Below are positions 33,840 through 44,408 of a stretch of 64,000 nucleotides of DNA, one piece after another. The notes beneath the pieces are model-generated. The model worked only from the letters and a program-made list of their open reading frames with translations, was not told the origin of the DNA and made no database searches. The position numbers and the translations under genes were made by a program. Source of the DNA: Dudresnaya verticillata (taxonomy: Eukaryota); assembly GCA_977862235.1 (NCBI GenBank), contig OZ374564.1, forward strand, positions 124,001-188,000, read 5' to 3'. Every line of letters starts with the position of its first letter. Position 1 is the first letter of the stretch.

Positions 33840-34350
33840 TTGCTGGCTCTTTGGCGCGAGGCCGGCGGCGCGGGCGGAAGTGGAACGCCAACGGACCGAC
33901 CGTGGCGGGCGGGCGTGGAATGCATCAGTTGCGCTCAGCGGTGTCTCCAGAGGGGGGTGCGGGGAGGGGCGAAGCGCGAGCGGGTTCCACGGGCGTGCGC
34001 GCGTGACACTTTGGGCGCCGCGTCGTGCGCGCCGCTGCGTGCGAACGTCGGGGCGCAGCGCGAAAAAATTTGGGCGGCGCGCGGCGCGGGCGCCGAAAAG
34101 GCGGGCGCGCGCACGGCGTCACGCGCGCGACTCGACTCGCATCATACGTGCGCGCGGCCGGCCGGCCGGCGTCACGCTCGCGGGCGCAAAAGGCGCTCGC
34201 GCGCTCGCGCGCGCACGCGCGCACGCCCCTGCGCGAGCGCGTGGGTGTGGGCGCGGGCGCGGGCGCGGGCGCGGGCGCCGGCGCACACGCGCTGCAGCGC
34301 GCAGCGGCGTGGCGCTGTGGCTCGCTCGCTCCGTGCGCTCGCCGATGCCG
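33840..34350. promoter_or_regulatory. Very GC/CpG-rich promoter-like island upstream of the CK1-like gene
   Basis: Dense CGCG/GGGCGC runs; E2F-consensus TTTGGCGC at 33850 and GCGCGAAA at 34058; followed by a C-rich leader up to the ATG at 35161. Confidence 0.55.
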
Positions 34351-34472
34351 CGATTGCCCGCGCCTGTCTCCGACGCCCACAACGCCCCTCTGCCTGTGCC
34401 GACGCTCCGTTTCGTGGCCGGCTCCCGTTTGCCTCCCTTGTCACCCGCCCACACATCACCCCCGCCCCCCCG

Positions 34473-34529
34473 CACACACACACACACACACACTCACTCA
34501 CACACACACTCACACACACTCACTCACAC
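34473..34529. repeat. Compound CA/CACT microsatellite
   Basis: Read directly from the sequence. Confidence 0.9.
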
Positions 34530-35160
34530 GCGTTCAAACAAACGCGCCCTCCACCGCCCCTCCCAACGCCCCCCTCTCCTGCACCCCGCCCCCCCGCCCC
34601 CCGCATACCACCGAACAAACCCCGTTTCGTTTCCCACCCTCCCACCCCGCCGTCGGCGCGTTTTTGCTTCACATGTCCCGACGCGCCTTGTAAACAGCGT
34701 CGTAGCCCCTTTCCCCTTCTCCCGCCACCTGCGCCTTTTAACCAACCACTCCACCCACCCGCCCACCCACATCCCGCAGCTCGCCCACCCCGACAAACGT
34801 ACCGGCCCACCGCCGAAGCCGCTTGCATACATCAACCCCTCGCCCAGCGGCCTTATCCGGACCCCTCCCTCCTCCCCCCCGCCTACCCTTCCCTCAACTA
34901 CGCACCCGCACCCGTGCGAACGAGAGAGAGCGAGCGACCGAGAGAGAAAGGCTCAGCCGTCGTCATCCTTCGCACTCTGAAACTCTCGCATCGCCTCCCG
35001 TCCTTCACCCGCCCACCCCGCCCCTCCACCCCGGCCAGCGCGACTAACCCCGCGCCGCCCCAACTAAGACAACCCTCGCGTCGCGGCGCCGCAAGCACGC
35101 GCTCGATCGCGCGTCGCTCACCAACAGGTCCCCGTAGTGAAGCCCCGCCGCCCCGCCGCC

Positions 35161-36966
35161 ATGACCGACGACGAGTCGCGCAAGGACCCGGTGCCGATTC
35201 AAGTCGGTGATGGTTCGCGCCGATACAATGTCATCAAGACCGGACATCTCGGGTCCGGTCATTTTGGTGATGTCTACATGGGCGAGCACTACCACACTGG
35301 CCAGAAGGTTGCAATCAAGCTCGAGCATCGATCCGGTTCCATTGCGCGACGCGAGTGGGAGGTCATGCGCTTCATGAACGGTGACGGCGCCCCGCGTGTT
35401 CACTACACGGGTCACCACGGAAGGTACTATGTCATGGTTATGGATTTGTTGGGCCCTACTTTGCAGCGCCTCTTGGAGAGCCGCCCGGCTCGCGGCTTGT
35501 CGTGGGAGACTGTCGCCGTTATCGGCCACAAGTGTGTCCAGCTCTTGAAGAAGTTGCACTCAAAGGGATATGTTCATGGTGACGTCAAACCGGAGAACTT
35601 CCTGTGTTCCTACTCGGAGGACAATATCATTGATCCGAGTCGCGGCTTGTTCATGGTGGATCTTGGTCTGGCCTCGCGCTGGAGAGATCCGTCTAAACCT
35701 GGTGGACACATTTCCTACGGCCAGCGCGTTGACCACTTCTCCGGTACCGTTCGCTATGCGTCTGTTAACGCGCATCTGGGGCGATGGCTGTCGCGTCGCG
35801 ATGATCTCGAGTCTTTGGGTTACATGCTGTTGTACCTTTACAATGGGTCACTGCCATGGCAGGGTTATTCCGGCGAGGATAAGAATATGCAGGTATGCGA
35901 GACTAAGGGTCGTCTCACGGTCGATGCGATGTGCAGAGGTGCACCAGAAGTTTTGCAGTACTTTCTGGCGTATGTTCGACAGATGAAGTTTGAGGAAAGC
36001 CCGGACTATGACTATCTTCTATTGCTATGCTCAGAAGGGAACAAGGGGCTAAAGGAGGTGAAGAGGATTTTGGCTGCACAGGAGAAGGAGAAATATGTGG
36101 GTAGCGACGGTGTCCTCAGCGTTCCGACCGTTGGTTCAAAGCGGAAGCAGCGCGACCTGGATGACGACGACGTTCCGTCGTTCAAGAAGCACAAGGTTGT
36201 CGTTCCGAAGCGCGTCAAGACGCATCAGTGGATTATCGTCTCCACCAGCGCTCGTTCCGGCGCCTCTCCGCAGACACAGTGCTACACTTCGCACACGTCG
36301 TATTCTAATCTTGTCAAGGAAGTTGAGCGGAAATGGAGCCAGGGTATGCGGATAACTAGCCTGAATTTCGCAGGCAGTATGTGGACCGCAGTCTTGAATG
36401 CCAGAAACTCTGGGTACACGGAACAGGCTTTACACTATTGCCATGACTCGGACTTCCCACGCGACTGGGTTCGCACTAAGTGGGAAGAATCTTACTTTAT
36501 TACTTCCGTAGCGGGGAACGACAATTGCTGGGGCGTTGTCTGTTCTATGATGCAGCGTGGACGCAAGTACAAGCAGCAGTCGTACATTGTCTCCTCGACT
36601 TTCCCCTCCAAGTGGATCGCTGACAAGTGGAGCGCTGATTATTACATCACAGCGATTGCAACGCAAGGGCGCTTCCAGATGCAGTGGTGTGTAGTGATGT
36701 CGCGCGGGGCGCCTTTCCGGGATCAATGCGTTGAGCTGGACTTTCAGTACCCTTCGCATTCAATTCATGCACGGTGGGACGAGAACTACATGATTACCGC
36801 GGTTGCGTGCACACAGGAGCAGTGTGCCTTTGTTCTCTCGCGTGGTCAAAGCTACGGCGAAGAGCAAAGATGTACACGGACATCGCACGGTCCGCTGCAC
36901 AAGATTCGGGAAGATTGGAACGATTCCTTGTATGTAACTTGTCTATCGCATGGCCGCGTCAGTTGA
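35161..36966 (+). CDS. Casein kinase 1-like kinase of the MUT9/MLK(PPK) type with Trp-rich C-terminal repeats
   Basis: GSGHFG, VAIKLE, HGDVKPENFL, DLGLA, GTVRYASVNAHLG, SRRDDLESLGY; C-terminal FP..W...KW...Y.IT repeats and DQCVELDFQYPS. Confidence 0.93.
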   Translation: MTDDESRKDPVPIQVGDGSRRYNVIKTGHLGSGHFGDVYMGEHYHTGQKVAIKLEHRSGSIARREWEVMRFMNGDGAPRVHYTGHHGRYYVMVMDLLGPTLQRLLESRPARGLSWETVAVIGHKCVQLLKKLHSKGYVHGDVKPENFLCSYSEDNIIDPSRGLFMVDLGLASRWRDPSKPGGHISYGQRVDHFSGTVRYASVNAHLGRWLSRRDDLESLGYMLLYLYNGSLPWQGYSGEDKNMQVCETKGRLTVDAMCRGAPEVLQYFLAYVRQMKFEESPDYDYLLLLCSEGNKGLKEVKRILAAQEKEKYVGSDGVLSVPTVGSKRKQRDLDDDDVPSFKKHKVVVPKRVKTHQWIIVSTSARSGASPQTQCYTSHTSYSNLVKEVERKWSQGMRITSLNFAGSMWTAVLNARNSGYTEQALHYCHDSDFPRDWVRTKWEESYFITSVAGNDNCWGVVCSMMQRGRKYKQQSYIVSSTFPSKWIADKWSADYYITAIATQGRFQMQWCVVMSRGAPFRDQCVELDFQYPSHSIHARWDENYMITAVACTQEQCAFVLSRGQSYGEEQRCTRTSHGPLHKIREDWNDSLYVTCLSHGRVS

Positions 36967-37463
36967 CGACTTTTGTGGCCCACAAGGTTTGATTTATTTC
37001 GGTTATCGCAACTTCATTGTTAAGGTTCTTGAGGAAGGAGAGGTACTTTGGGTTTGTAGGGATTGTGGGTAGGTATGAGGTGTAGAGTAGTCGGAAGAAT
37101 GAGAGAAAAGGCAATGAAAGTACCACGAAGAACTCGCAACTCCCACATCGCAATGTAGTTGAGCCGGCGCCAGCGAGTGCCGCCGTCTTACGTTGAGTAT
37201 GCGAGTGGAAGGACACGCTGCCTCACGGTAACATGGGCCTTTGGATCTGTTCCTGGAGTGTCACCTTGCAGCGTTCATCGCTACCGCAACTGCAATGGTT
37301 CTGAAATCAGGTAAATCTGGTGAGGCTGTTGCACTTGTCGACTGACTGGAACGACAAGCTGCTGCTGTTGAGCGCTCTTAAAACGTATCCTCTGCCGTCC
37401 CGACAGGAAGTCGGGGCATGTTTGAAATGGTGCAGCGATGGGATCTGGTGTACACGCGCGAGT

Positions 37464-38267
37464 TTAGTCGTCCTTCGGCTTTATGTATTCAGCTTGCAAA
37501 AAGACCCTATGCATTTCTATTCCTTCTTTGCGATTCTTGATAAGTCTGTTTATCCTGCGAACAGTACACTCTCTGAACCCGGCCATGGTCATGAGTTCAT
37601 GGAGACGCTCTTCATCAAAAAAATACGAGAGGGTACTGTCCTGTCGGACGAAGTAGTTGTCGTCTATTTTGCTGCGAGTGGCAAACCGCTCCTGCGCCAT
37701 GTCCCCGGTTGCATAGTCGCGAAACAAAACCTTTCCTCCAGGCTTGAGCAGCGCGAAGAGATTCTGCAATCCAGACAATTGTTGGGCCGGCGGTATGGCG
37801 CTCAGCACGAAAATGAGCGTGCAGTAGTCCGCAGCTCCGGGCTCCAAGCCATTTCGCTCCTCTGCAGCGATTTCAACTATTGGGGTTTTGCAAAAATCCC
37901 ACTCGAACGCACACAGACGCTTCTCCTCGTACCCATCCGATTCGCGGATTAGACGTACAGCAGACGGAGCGAAGTCAAAGGCGTAGACAAAAAGCGCATC
38001 GTTTACTTCCAATAGCGGGAAAGCGCAATTTGCAACACCGCATCCCGCCTCAACGACGATTGTCTGCGCCTCAGAGTCTTTCGGTGGTTCTGCCAGACAT
38101 GGGAACCCGTCAGTTGAAGCTGCCGTCGTCCAATGGCGGTCTCGATAGAAGTTCGTCTTGTTACGCTTGTAGAACTTGTCCCAGTTCTTAGCAGCCTCAC
38201 GAGCGTACTTCTCCTCCCAAAACTTGGAAACTCCAATCTGCACTGTGCGATAACTGTCCGGGTCCAT
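37464..38267 (-). CDS. tRNA N3-methylcytidine methyltransferase (METTL2/METTL6/Trm140 family)
   Basis: KNWDKFYKRNKTNFYRDRHW, EAGCGVAN, DFAPSAV, IFVLSAI, LKPGGKVLFRDY..DMAQERF, VRQDSTLSYFF. Confidence 0.92.
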   Translation of the reverse strand: MDPDSYRTVQIGVSKFWEEKYAREAAKNWDKFYKRNKTNFYRDRHWTTAASTDGFPCLAEPPKDSEAQTIVVEAGCGVANCAFPLLEVNDALFVYAFDFAPSAVRLIRESDGYEEKRLCAFEWDFCKTPIVEIAAEERNGLEPGAADYCTLIFVLSAIPPAQQLSGLQNLFALLKPGGKVLFRDYATGDMAQERFATRSKIDDNYFVRQDSTLSYFFDEERLHELMTMAGFRECTVRRINRLIKNRKEGIEMHRVFLQAEYIKPKDD

Positions 38268-38788
38268 TGTTTGGCGTGGGCGCAAGCTTCTTAGCAAACC
38301 AGAGATGCCGTGGCATTACTGCAGCCTTCAAGCCATTGACGTAGACGCCCGAGCGCGGTTGTCCACAGCTGGAAGTGCTCTCAACCGGGCACGCCATTTG
38401 CATCTCCAAAACTGCAAAAAGTTGGAAAAAAAGGAAATTTGTATGTTTTGAATCCAGCTCGTAGCAGTTGACCTTCGACGAGAGTTCGAAACAAAGTCTG
38501 CGGAAGGTGCGCGTGGGCAGCTTCTAGGCCAGATGCCCGTTGGGGACTCGTCGAAGCGGGCCTACCCGTAGTGCGCTCGCAAGATCAAATCAGAAGGGAT
38601 CAATCTTCCCGTGGCCTGCTCATCCATATACTTTGCGTTCACCATCTATGCATATATTTTTCTGCAACCGTCGTGTGCAGATACTCTAAGGGACTTGCTC
38701 GAGCCGTATTAGAAAGCCACAAGTAGTCGCAAACGAAAGCTTTCGACCCCAATTTTCCGGCTCCTACACAAGTCGCCGTTACGAAGCG

Positions 38789-41473
38789 ATGCCTGCGGGA
38801 CCGGACATACCTCCCGAGGAGGAGGAGCGAATCGCGCTTTCGGATGTTCTTGCGTGCCTCGCCGATCGAAGCCTCCGAATCGATGCCATCAAGTTCCAAA
38901 TCGAGGAGGTTCATCGGTCGCTCTCAGCCAAGCTGAAGACGGGTTCTCCTCGCGTATTCGAAGCCGTCGGACTAGGGCTCAAGCGATGCGGCATTTGCCT
39001 TCCTTTCAAGGCACCGATGTATGCAACTCTCGCTGGCCTCCTAACCGTTGGCGACGAGCCATACGCCAAGGACCTGGCGCAGAAGCTAGCTCATGCTGTT
39101 GGCAAGGAGCTTGCTGATGCCATTCGTGACGGCCAGGCAAGCATTGCGCGGCGTGCTCTGCGCTTTCTGGCATGCCTTGGTTGCAGCTCAATGGTTTCAC
39201 CGATCTCCGTCGCAGAGTACATTCTAGTACTGCTCGATGCGGCCGTTTTCGAGCTCACAGAGGCAAACCGATCGCCCTACGGTGTCCATTGCCGTGGGGA
39301 GTTCCTCGCTGATATTGCTCTCTCTTCACTACCATGGGCAGGTGCTATGCTCGTGGACCGAGCCCCGGACGAACTTCAAAGAATTGTCGACGTTGTTCGC
39401 CGCATATCGGATGCTTGGGTTCCCAAGAAGTGGCGATGTGTCACGCCCGCAACTGATGTCCGTTGCATGGAGAGCTTCACTGAGCTTCTGCAATGCACCT
39501 TTATGCTTCACGACGCTGAGTGGATTTGCCCAGACGACATCATTCCCAGGCCGTATCAGGAATTTGAGGTCCAGCTTGGCGGTGGGCATGAAGTCGCGCT
39601 TGAAGCGCTTTCGATTCCTGGGCATAGCAAGGTCACGAGGTATTCTGCTCCTCGTTTCAGGATGTTTCTCGTAAATGCGAAGCCGAAACCTACTGAGAGG
39701 GGAGCTGCGAAGGAAGAAGTGAAGGTCAAGGTGGAGCCCGGATCTGGAGCCAAAGACGTTGACATGGAGGAGGTGCAAGTCGTGGGCACTGACCTGAAAG
39801 AAACAGTACGAGATGGAAAGGGTCATACCAAGCCCGAAACACAGCAGCCAGAAACCGCTAACGGGGATACTGGCGTAGACCAAAAGGGTCTTGACAATGC
39901 TTCAAAACACACAGCGAGAACACTAGTAGAGAAATATGTTCTGCGCTCGTACATTGCTGATGTCGTTGATAATTTCTCAACGAACCACGTGATGGCAGCA
40001 GAGAAGCTGTTAACTGTTCCCATGCTCAAGTCGGCAGACGACGAGATTGTTGAAGGTCTGTTTTCTCAGTTGTGTGCTTTGCCTGAACCAACGTTTGCGT
40101 CAGTTTATTACGGAGCTCTCTTTGTTGACCTGTGCCGCGTGAAGGACTCTCGACTTCCTATCAAGTTACTTACTGCCGTTGAGGCAATGTTTCAAGACGC
40201 AGGCCAGCTCGACCCGGAATCGTTTGACCGCCTCACGGAGTGGTTTTCATTCCATTTGAGCAACTTTGAGTACAAGTGGAATTGGTCAGATTGGGCTATC
40301 TACGCGGATAAGGACATGGTTGACAAATTTCCATATAGAGCACTGTTCTGTAGGGATGTCCTGGCGCGCTGCATCAGGCTGGCGTATTACCAGAGGGTCG
40401 TGGGCATCATCCCCAAAGAAATGGGTTATTTCCTTCCGTCGGAGCCAAAAGATGGGAACAGGTCTAGGTTCAACAAGGAGGTGAATGAAACGCTTATGAG
40501 TATTGTTACAGGAAAAGACCGTCAAGAAGCCAGAGTCGTGAAGGACCGACTAGCGTCGCTTATCCCGGTTACGTTTAACCCCGACGACCCAGGTGACAAA
40601 AGGAGAGCAGAGCAAGAGGCGAACTCACTTCGGCTCTCGTCTTTGATTCGTGCAATTCTGCAAGCAGGATGCAAGACGCTATCCCACTTTGATACCGTGG
40701 CTGAACGGTATCTCTCTTTGCTGTTGGAGATGGTCCAAATGGGCGGAGTGCCCGCAAAACGCCTTGTTACTCTAGAAGTGACTGCATTTTGGAAGGAAGT
40801 CCACATTCGCCGCATGTACGTTCTTGACAAACTTTCCATGCATCGTGTCATAGATGGTTTGGCTATTATCGATTCCGCTCTATCCGAGGAGCGTGCCGAC
40901 GAGTCTTCAACAGTTGCATTGAGCGACGAGGAACTGAAAGCAAGCTTGGAAGAATCTCCTTGCTGGGAGATTTTGCGACTAGTCATGCAACGAGCGCGAG
41001 CACGTGAGGAAGGCGCAAGATCGGAACTAACTGCAGCATCTCAAGCGGCTGCGGCAGCCAATGAAGGCGAGACGGAACAGGCCGAGATCAGATTAGAACG
41101 TGCGAAGGCTGGTACGGAGAACGCGAAACGCGAGATCTCGGAACTGCTGCTGCTTTCGTTCCGGCGTCTGTTTGACCTATGTGGACGCCTCATTGGAGAG
41201 GACGATGTCATGGTAATGCCGGAAGAAGATATGGCTTCAAGGCCGGATGAACAGCCTGCTCTGCCGGGCTTCGATTGCAGACCAATTTGGTACTGGAGAT
41301 GCCTCGGAATGATACGGGAGTTGGGGCGCAAGCACCCTCGGCAACTGTCAACGATAATTGAACAGTTGGACAAAGAAACAAAGGTGACTCGGGAAAAGCA
41401 CAAATCTCTGTGGGACTCTTTCGAGATTCTCAAAGAAGTCGAGGCGTGTGCATTGATGTCGCAGGTTATGTAG
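38789..41473 (+). CDS. NCBP1: Nuclear cap-binding protein subunit 1 (CBP80)
   Basis: KAPMYATLAGLL, LFSQLCALP, YYGALFVDLC, RLTEWFSFHLSNFEYKWNWSDW, RCIRLAYYQR, GCKTLSH. Confidence 0.9.
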   Translation: MPAGPDIPPEEEERIALSDVLACLADRSLRIDAIKFQIEEVHRSLSAKLKTGSPRVFEAVGLGLKRCGICLPFKAPMYATLAGLLTVGDEPYAKDLAQKLAHAVGKELADAIRDGQASIARRALRFLACLGCSSMVSPISVAEYILVLLDAAVFELTEANRSPYGVHCRGEFLADIALSSLPWAGAMLVDRAPDELQRIVDVVRRISDAWVPKKWRCVTPATDVRCMESFTELLQCTFMLHDAEWICPDDIIPRPYQEFEVQLGGGHEVALEALSIPGHSKVTRYSAPRFRMFLVNAKPKPTERGAAKEEVKVKVEPGSGAKDVDMEEVQVVGTDLKETVRDGKGHTKPETQQPETANGDTGVDQKGLDNASKHTARTLVEKYVLRSYIADVVDNFSTNHVMAAEKLLTVPMLKSADDEIVEGLFSQLCALPEPTFASVYYGALFVDLCRVKDSRLPIKLLTAVEAMFQDAGQLDPESFDRLTEWFSFHLSNFEYKWNWSDWAIYADKDMVDKFPYRALFCRDVLARCIRLAYYQRVVGIIPKEMGYFLPSEPKDGNRSRFNKEVNETLMSIVTGKDRQEARVVKDRLASLIPVTFNPDDPGDKRRAEQEANSLRLSSLIRAILQAGCKTLSHFDTVAERYLSLLLEMVQMGGVPAKRLVTLEVTAFWKEVHIRRMYVLDKLSMHRVIDGLAIIDSALSEERADESSTVALSDEELKASLEESPCWEILRLVMQRARAREEGARSELTAASQAAAAANEGETEQAEIRLERAKAGTENAKREISELLLLSFRRLFDLCGRLIGEDDVMVMPEEDMASRPDEQPALPGFDCRPIWYWRCLGMIRELGRKHPRQLSTIIEQLDKETKVTREKHKSLWDSFEILKEVEACALMSQVM

Positions 41474-41927
41474 GCTTGTTTCCCAGAGGATGGGCGAAGT
41501 TGTTGTTACAGGATAGTGGCTCTTCTTTGCGGAGAGAGTGAACTGGGAGCTTGAGACAATAACATATGCGAAAGGCGATGTTGTGTGTATACTGGGTAAG
41601 ACTAACTCGCGACGGTTTGTGTATATGAGAACAGTTACTTGTAAACTGTGTTCTGTTGGCTAGTGCGATGGAGCGGCTGCTCGCTCTACTCAAGCGGTAC
41701 ATGGGCAGGTGACTTAGCGCTCGACATGGCTGGAGGCACTAGATGTATTGAGAGCAGCTCGCGTAGTGACGTCTCTAGTTGGAGCTGCTCAGAAGGTGCT
41801 TATAGACGAGCTTTGGTGATTGTGTGAACTTGACAAAACACGGGCAGCACTTGCGGGACGGGCAACAGACAAAGCAGGGACGCCTGCTTGGCGATGCCTG
41901 CTTGGCGGCAAGCACATAGATTGGGTT

Positions 41928-42236
41928 TCACACTTCATCATAGGTCTTATGAAAGTCAAACAAACAGCCAGGCGCATCGGGGCACTCAGCGTCACAGCAG
42001 TCGAAAAAGTAGGCGACACCAGAAGGGACACGGGCGCCATGCTCGGTAAGTCTGCCGAAATGCTTGGAGTTTTCCGCACCCATCCAGCGCGAGGTGTGAA
42101 AGCGGCAGGCGCGGGGGTTGTTTTCCGACGGACTAAAGTTGCGCTTGCAGACGCGACAGACGCGACTGTCTGAGGCTGTCATGAGCATACGCTTATTATG
42201 CGGCGCAAGCGATACCGATACTAAAAAGGCCTGCAT
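41928..42236 (-). CDS. Small Cys/His-rich putative zinc-binding protein, probably plastid-targeted
   Basis: CRVC..N..ACRFH...CC......GC...H..YD pattern; first ATG gives MQAFLVSVSL. Confidence 0.75.
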   Translation of the reverse strand: MQAFLVSVSLAPHNKRMLMTASDSRVCRVCKRNFSPSENNPRACRFHTSRWMGAENSKHFGRLTEHGARVPSGVAYFFDCCDAECPDAPGCLFDFHKTYDEV

Positions 42237-42935
42237 GAAGCAATCCCGGGCGGCGCGCAGCGCATCCACGTCCCTCAGGTCGCTCAGGAATGTTTGGTGG
42301 GCCGCGATATGCTTGCTGCACGGGAGATGTCGTCTGTATGGAAGGTCTGCTTGCCGTGTGGTACAGGTGCGATGGGGCGGCGCGAAGAGCAGCGCAGGAG
42401 AGCACGCCGCGAAGCGCTAATCAATTACGGTAGTGCAAAATCAGTAACCGGGTTGGGTGACACCGTTTCGAAGGTTGGGACTGCAATGGGTACCTCGCTG
42501 ATGTTGCTAAAGAGGGTTACGAACCATTATTGCACAGCACAGGCGCGCCTCGCTTGAGATCCAACTGTCGTAGTGCAATTAGGCGGTGCGTACAGTAATA
42601 AGAACCAACGAGGCCGTTGCAACCCTACTTACAGCTCTCCGTAAATTTGTTAAGACCGCAAAATTTGCAAACCACACTCAGCCGTCCCGACCCGTCCCCG
42701 AACTCCCTCATCAAATCAAACAAGCCGTCTCCCACCGCGAGACTTTTCCTGCAATACACAATGTCGCCTGACACCACTACACGCATCCCGCTTCCTTATT
42801 TTTGACCTACTCCCGTTTTCCGCTCCCGCAGTACCCTCTTCTTCTTCGTCTCCTCTCCCCTCGCCTAGCGACACCCACCCGCAGCCCAAACCGCTCCCTA
42901 CCCTTCCTACGCACCTCCTCCCCTCCCCTCCCACC

Positions 42936-43973
42936 ATGTCCAGCGAGTCGCAAGATGCCGACTCCGTCCCGATGGCGCGCCAGATGACCAACATCTTCAT
43001 GGCCGTCTCGTTCTACTGGGTCATCTCCATTTCCATGGTTTTCGCCAACAAGACCCTGCTAGGCTCCGGAGAAACCATCTCGGCCCCGTTCTTCGTCACC
43101 TGGTCCCAGTGCGTCGTCACCGTCCTCTTCTGCTACGCCGCGGGCTCATTACGCTTTGCAAACGTCCCGCCCTTCGAGGTTCGAGTCGACATCCTCAAGC
43201 AGATGCTTTCCCTCTCCCTCATCTTCACCTCCATGATCGTCTTCAACAACCTCTGCCTCAAACACGTGGAGGTCTCGTTCTACCAAGTCGCCCGCTCCCT
43301 TACCATTGTCTTCAATGTCATCTTCGACTTCTTCGTCCTGGGACAGTCTACCTCACTTCCAGCCATGGGCTGCTGCGCCCTCGTTGTTTGCGGCTTCGCC
43401 CTTGGTAATGGCCAAGAGGTTCGCTGGTCGCTTGCGGGTGTCCTCTTCGGCGTCTCATCGTCCTTCTTTGTCGCAATGAACTCCATCTACGTCAAGAAGA
43501 AGTTTTCCCTCGTCGACAATAACCCCTGGAAGATTACCCTGTACAACAACGTCAACGCGTCATACCTCTTCCTCCCTCTTATTCTCTTTTCGGGCGAGGT
43601 GGATATCCTCTTGAAAAGCGACATCATGCGCTCGCCGCACTACTGGTTCCTCCTCATGTGTTCGGGTCTGCTCGGCGTCTCGATTTCCTTTGCTACAGCC
43701 GCACAGATCAAGTACACCTCTCCACTCACACACAATGTCTCTGCCACCGCCAAGGCAGCAGCCCAAACCGTTATTGCCCTTATGGTTTACAGAAACCCCA
43801 TCACCGGCCTGGGTGGCTTTTCAGTTTTGATTGTCCTCTGCGGCTCCCTGATGTATACCCTTGTAAGGAGGGCTGAAATGAAGCAGAGGGCCGCCGCACA
43901 GGCTGCCGATCAGGCAGAGAAGGTTAAGGAAAGCCTTACGTCTCTCACAGAAACCAGAACAGAGAGATCATGA
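42936..43973 (+). CDS. GDP-fucose transporter-like nucleotide-sugar transporter (SLC35C1 type)
   Basis: YWVISISMVFANK, APFFVTWSQC, FNNLCLKHVEVSFYQVARSLT, QIKYTSPLTHNVSATAKA; multiple TM segments. Confidence 0.9.
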   Translation: MSSESQDADSVPMARQMTNIFMAVSFYWVISISMVFANKTLLGSGETISAPFFVTWSQCVVTVLFCYAAGSLRFANVPPFEVRVDILKQMLSLSLIFTSMIVFNNLCLKHVEVSFYQVARSLTIVFNVIFDFFVLGQSTSLPAMGCCALVVCGFALGNGQEVRWSLAGVLFGVSSSFFVAMNSIYVKKKFSLVDNNPWKITLYNNVNASYLFLPLILFSGEVDILLKSDIMRSPHYWFLLMCSGLLGVSISFATAAQIKYTSPLTHNVSATAKAAAQTVIALMVYRNPITGLGGFSVLIVLCGSLMYTLVRRAEMKQRAAAQAADQAEKVKESLTSLTETRTERS

Positions 43974-44408
43974 TCGAAACCCAAGGTTTTCTTATCGGTC
44001 TTCCACAATAAGGGCAGAGACTGTTGCGTATCCTCGCCTATTCATTCGCAAGAACCATGTAAACTTCAAGGTATCAACACGAAGAATCTGTGTTGCGCCG
44101 CAGCTTTGCAAAATAGGGATGTTATAGCCTTTCTTAACAATCGCGAACTAATGCTACTCATTTAACAAACTGTTATACTCCCACATACTCCTTTACCACA
44201 GTGGGCCGTCATGAACTCAGCGAGAACCTCCCGAGATTCCAAGACCATCTTTCATGGCAACGCTACAATCAACATACAGTCACCTTCGCTTTCGAAGTAG
44301 CATACACCCACTCATACGAGGCACCGCACGTGAAGTAAATACTAGCGTCTGAAGCAAAGAACAGAGCTCGCCGATACAGGACAAATCTCTCACGCCATCT
44401 CCAAAATA

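Noticed and set aside
33523..35210. Two 485-aa + strand ORFs
   Set aside because: Low-complexity products of a GC island and microsatellites (RARA, HTHT runs); no domain and non-ATG starts
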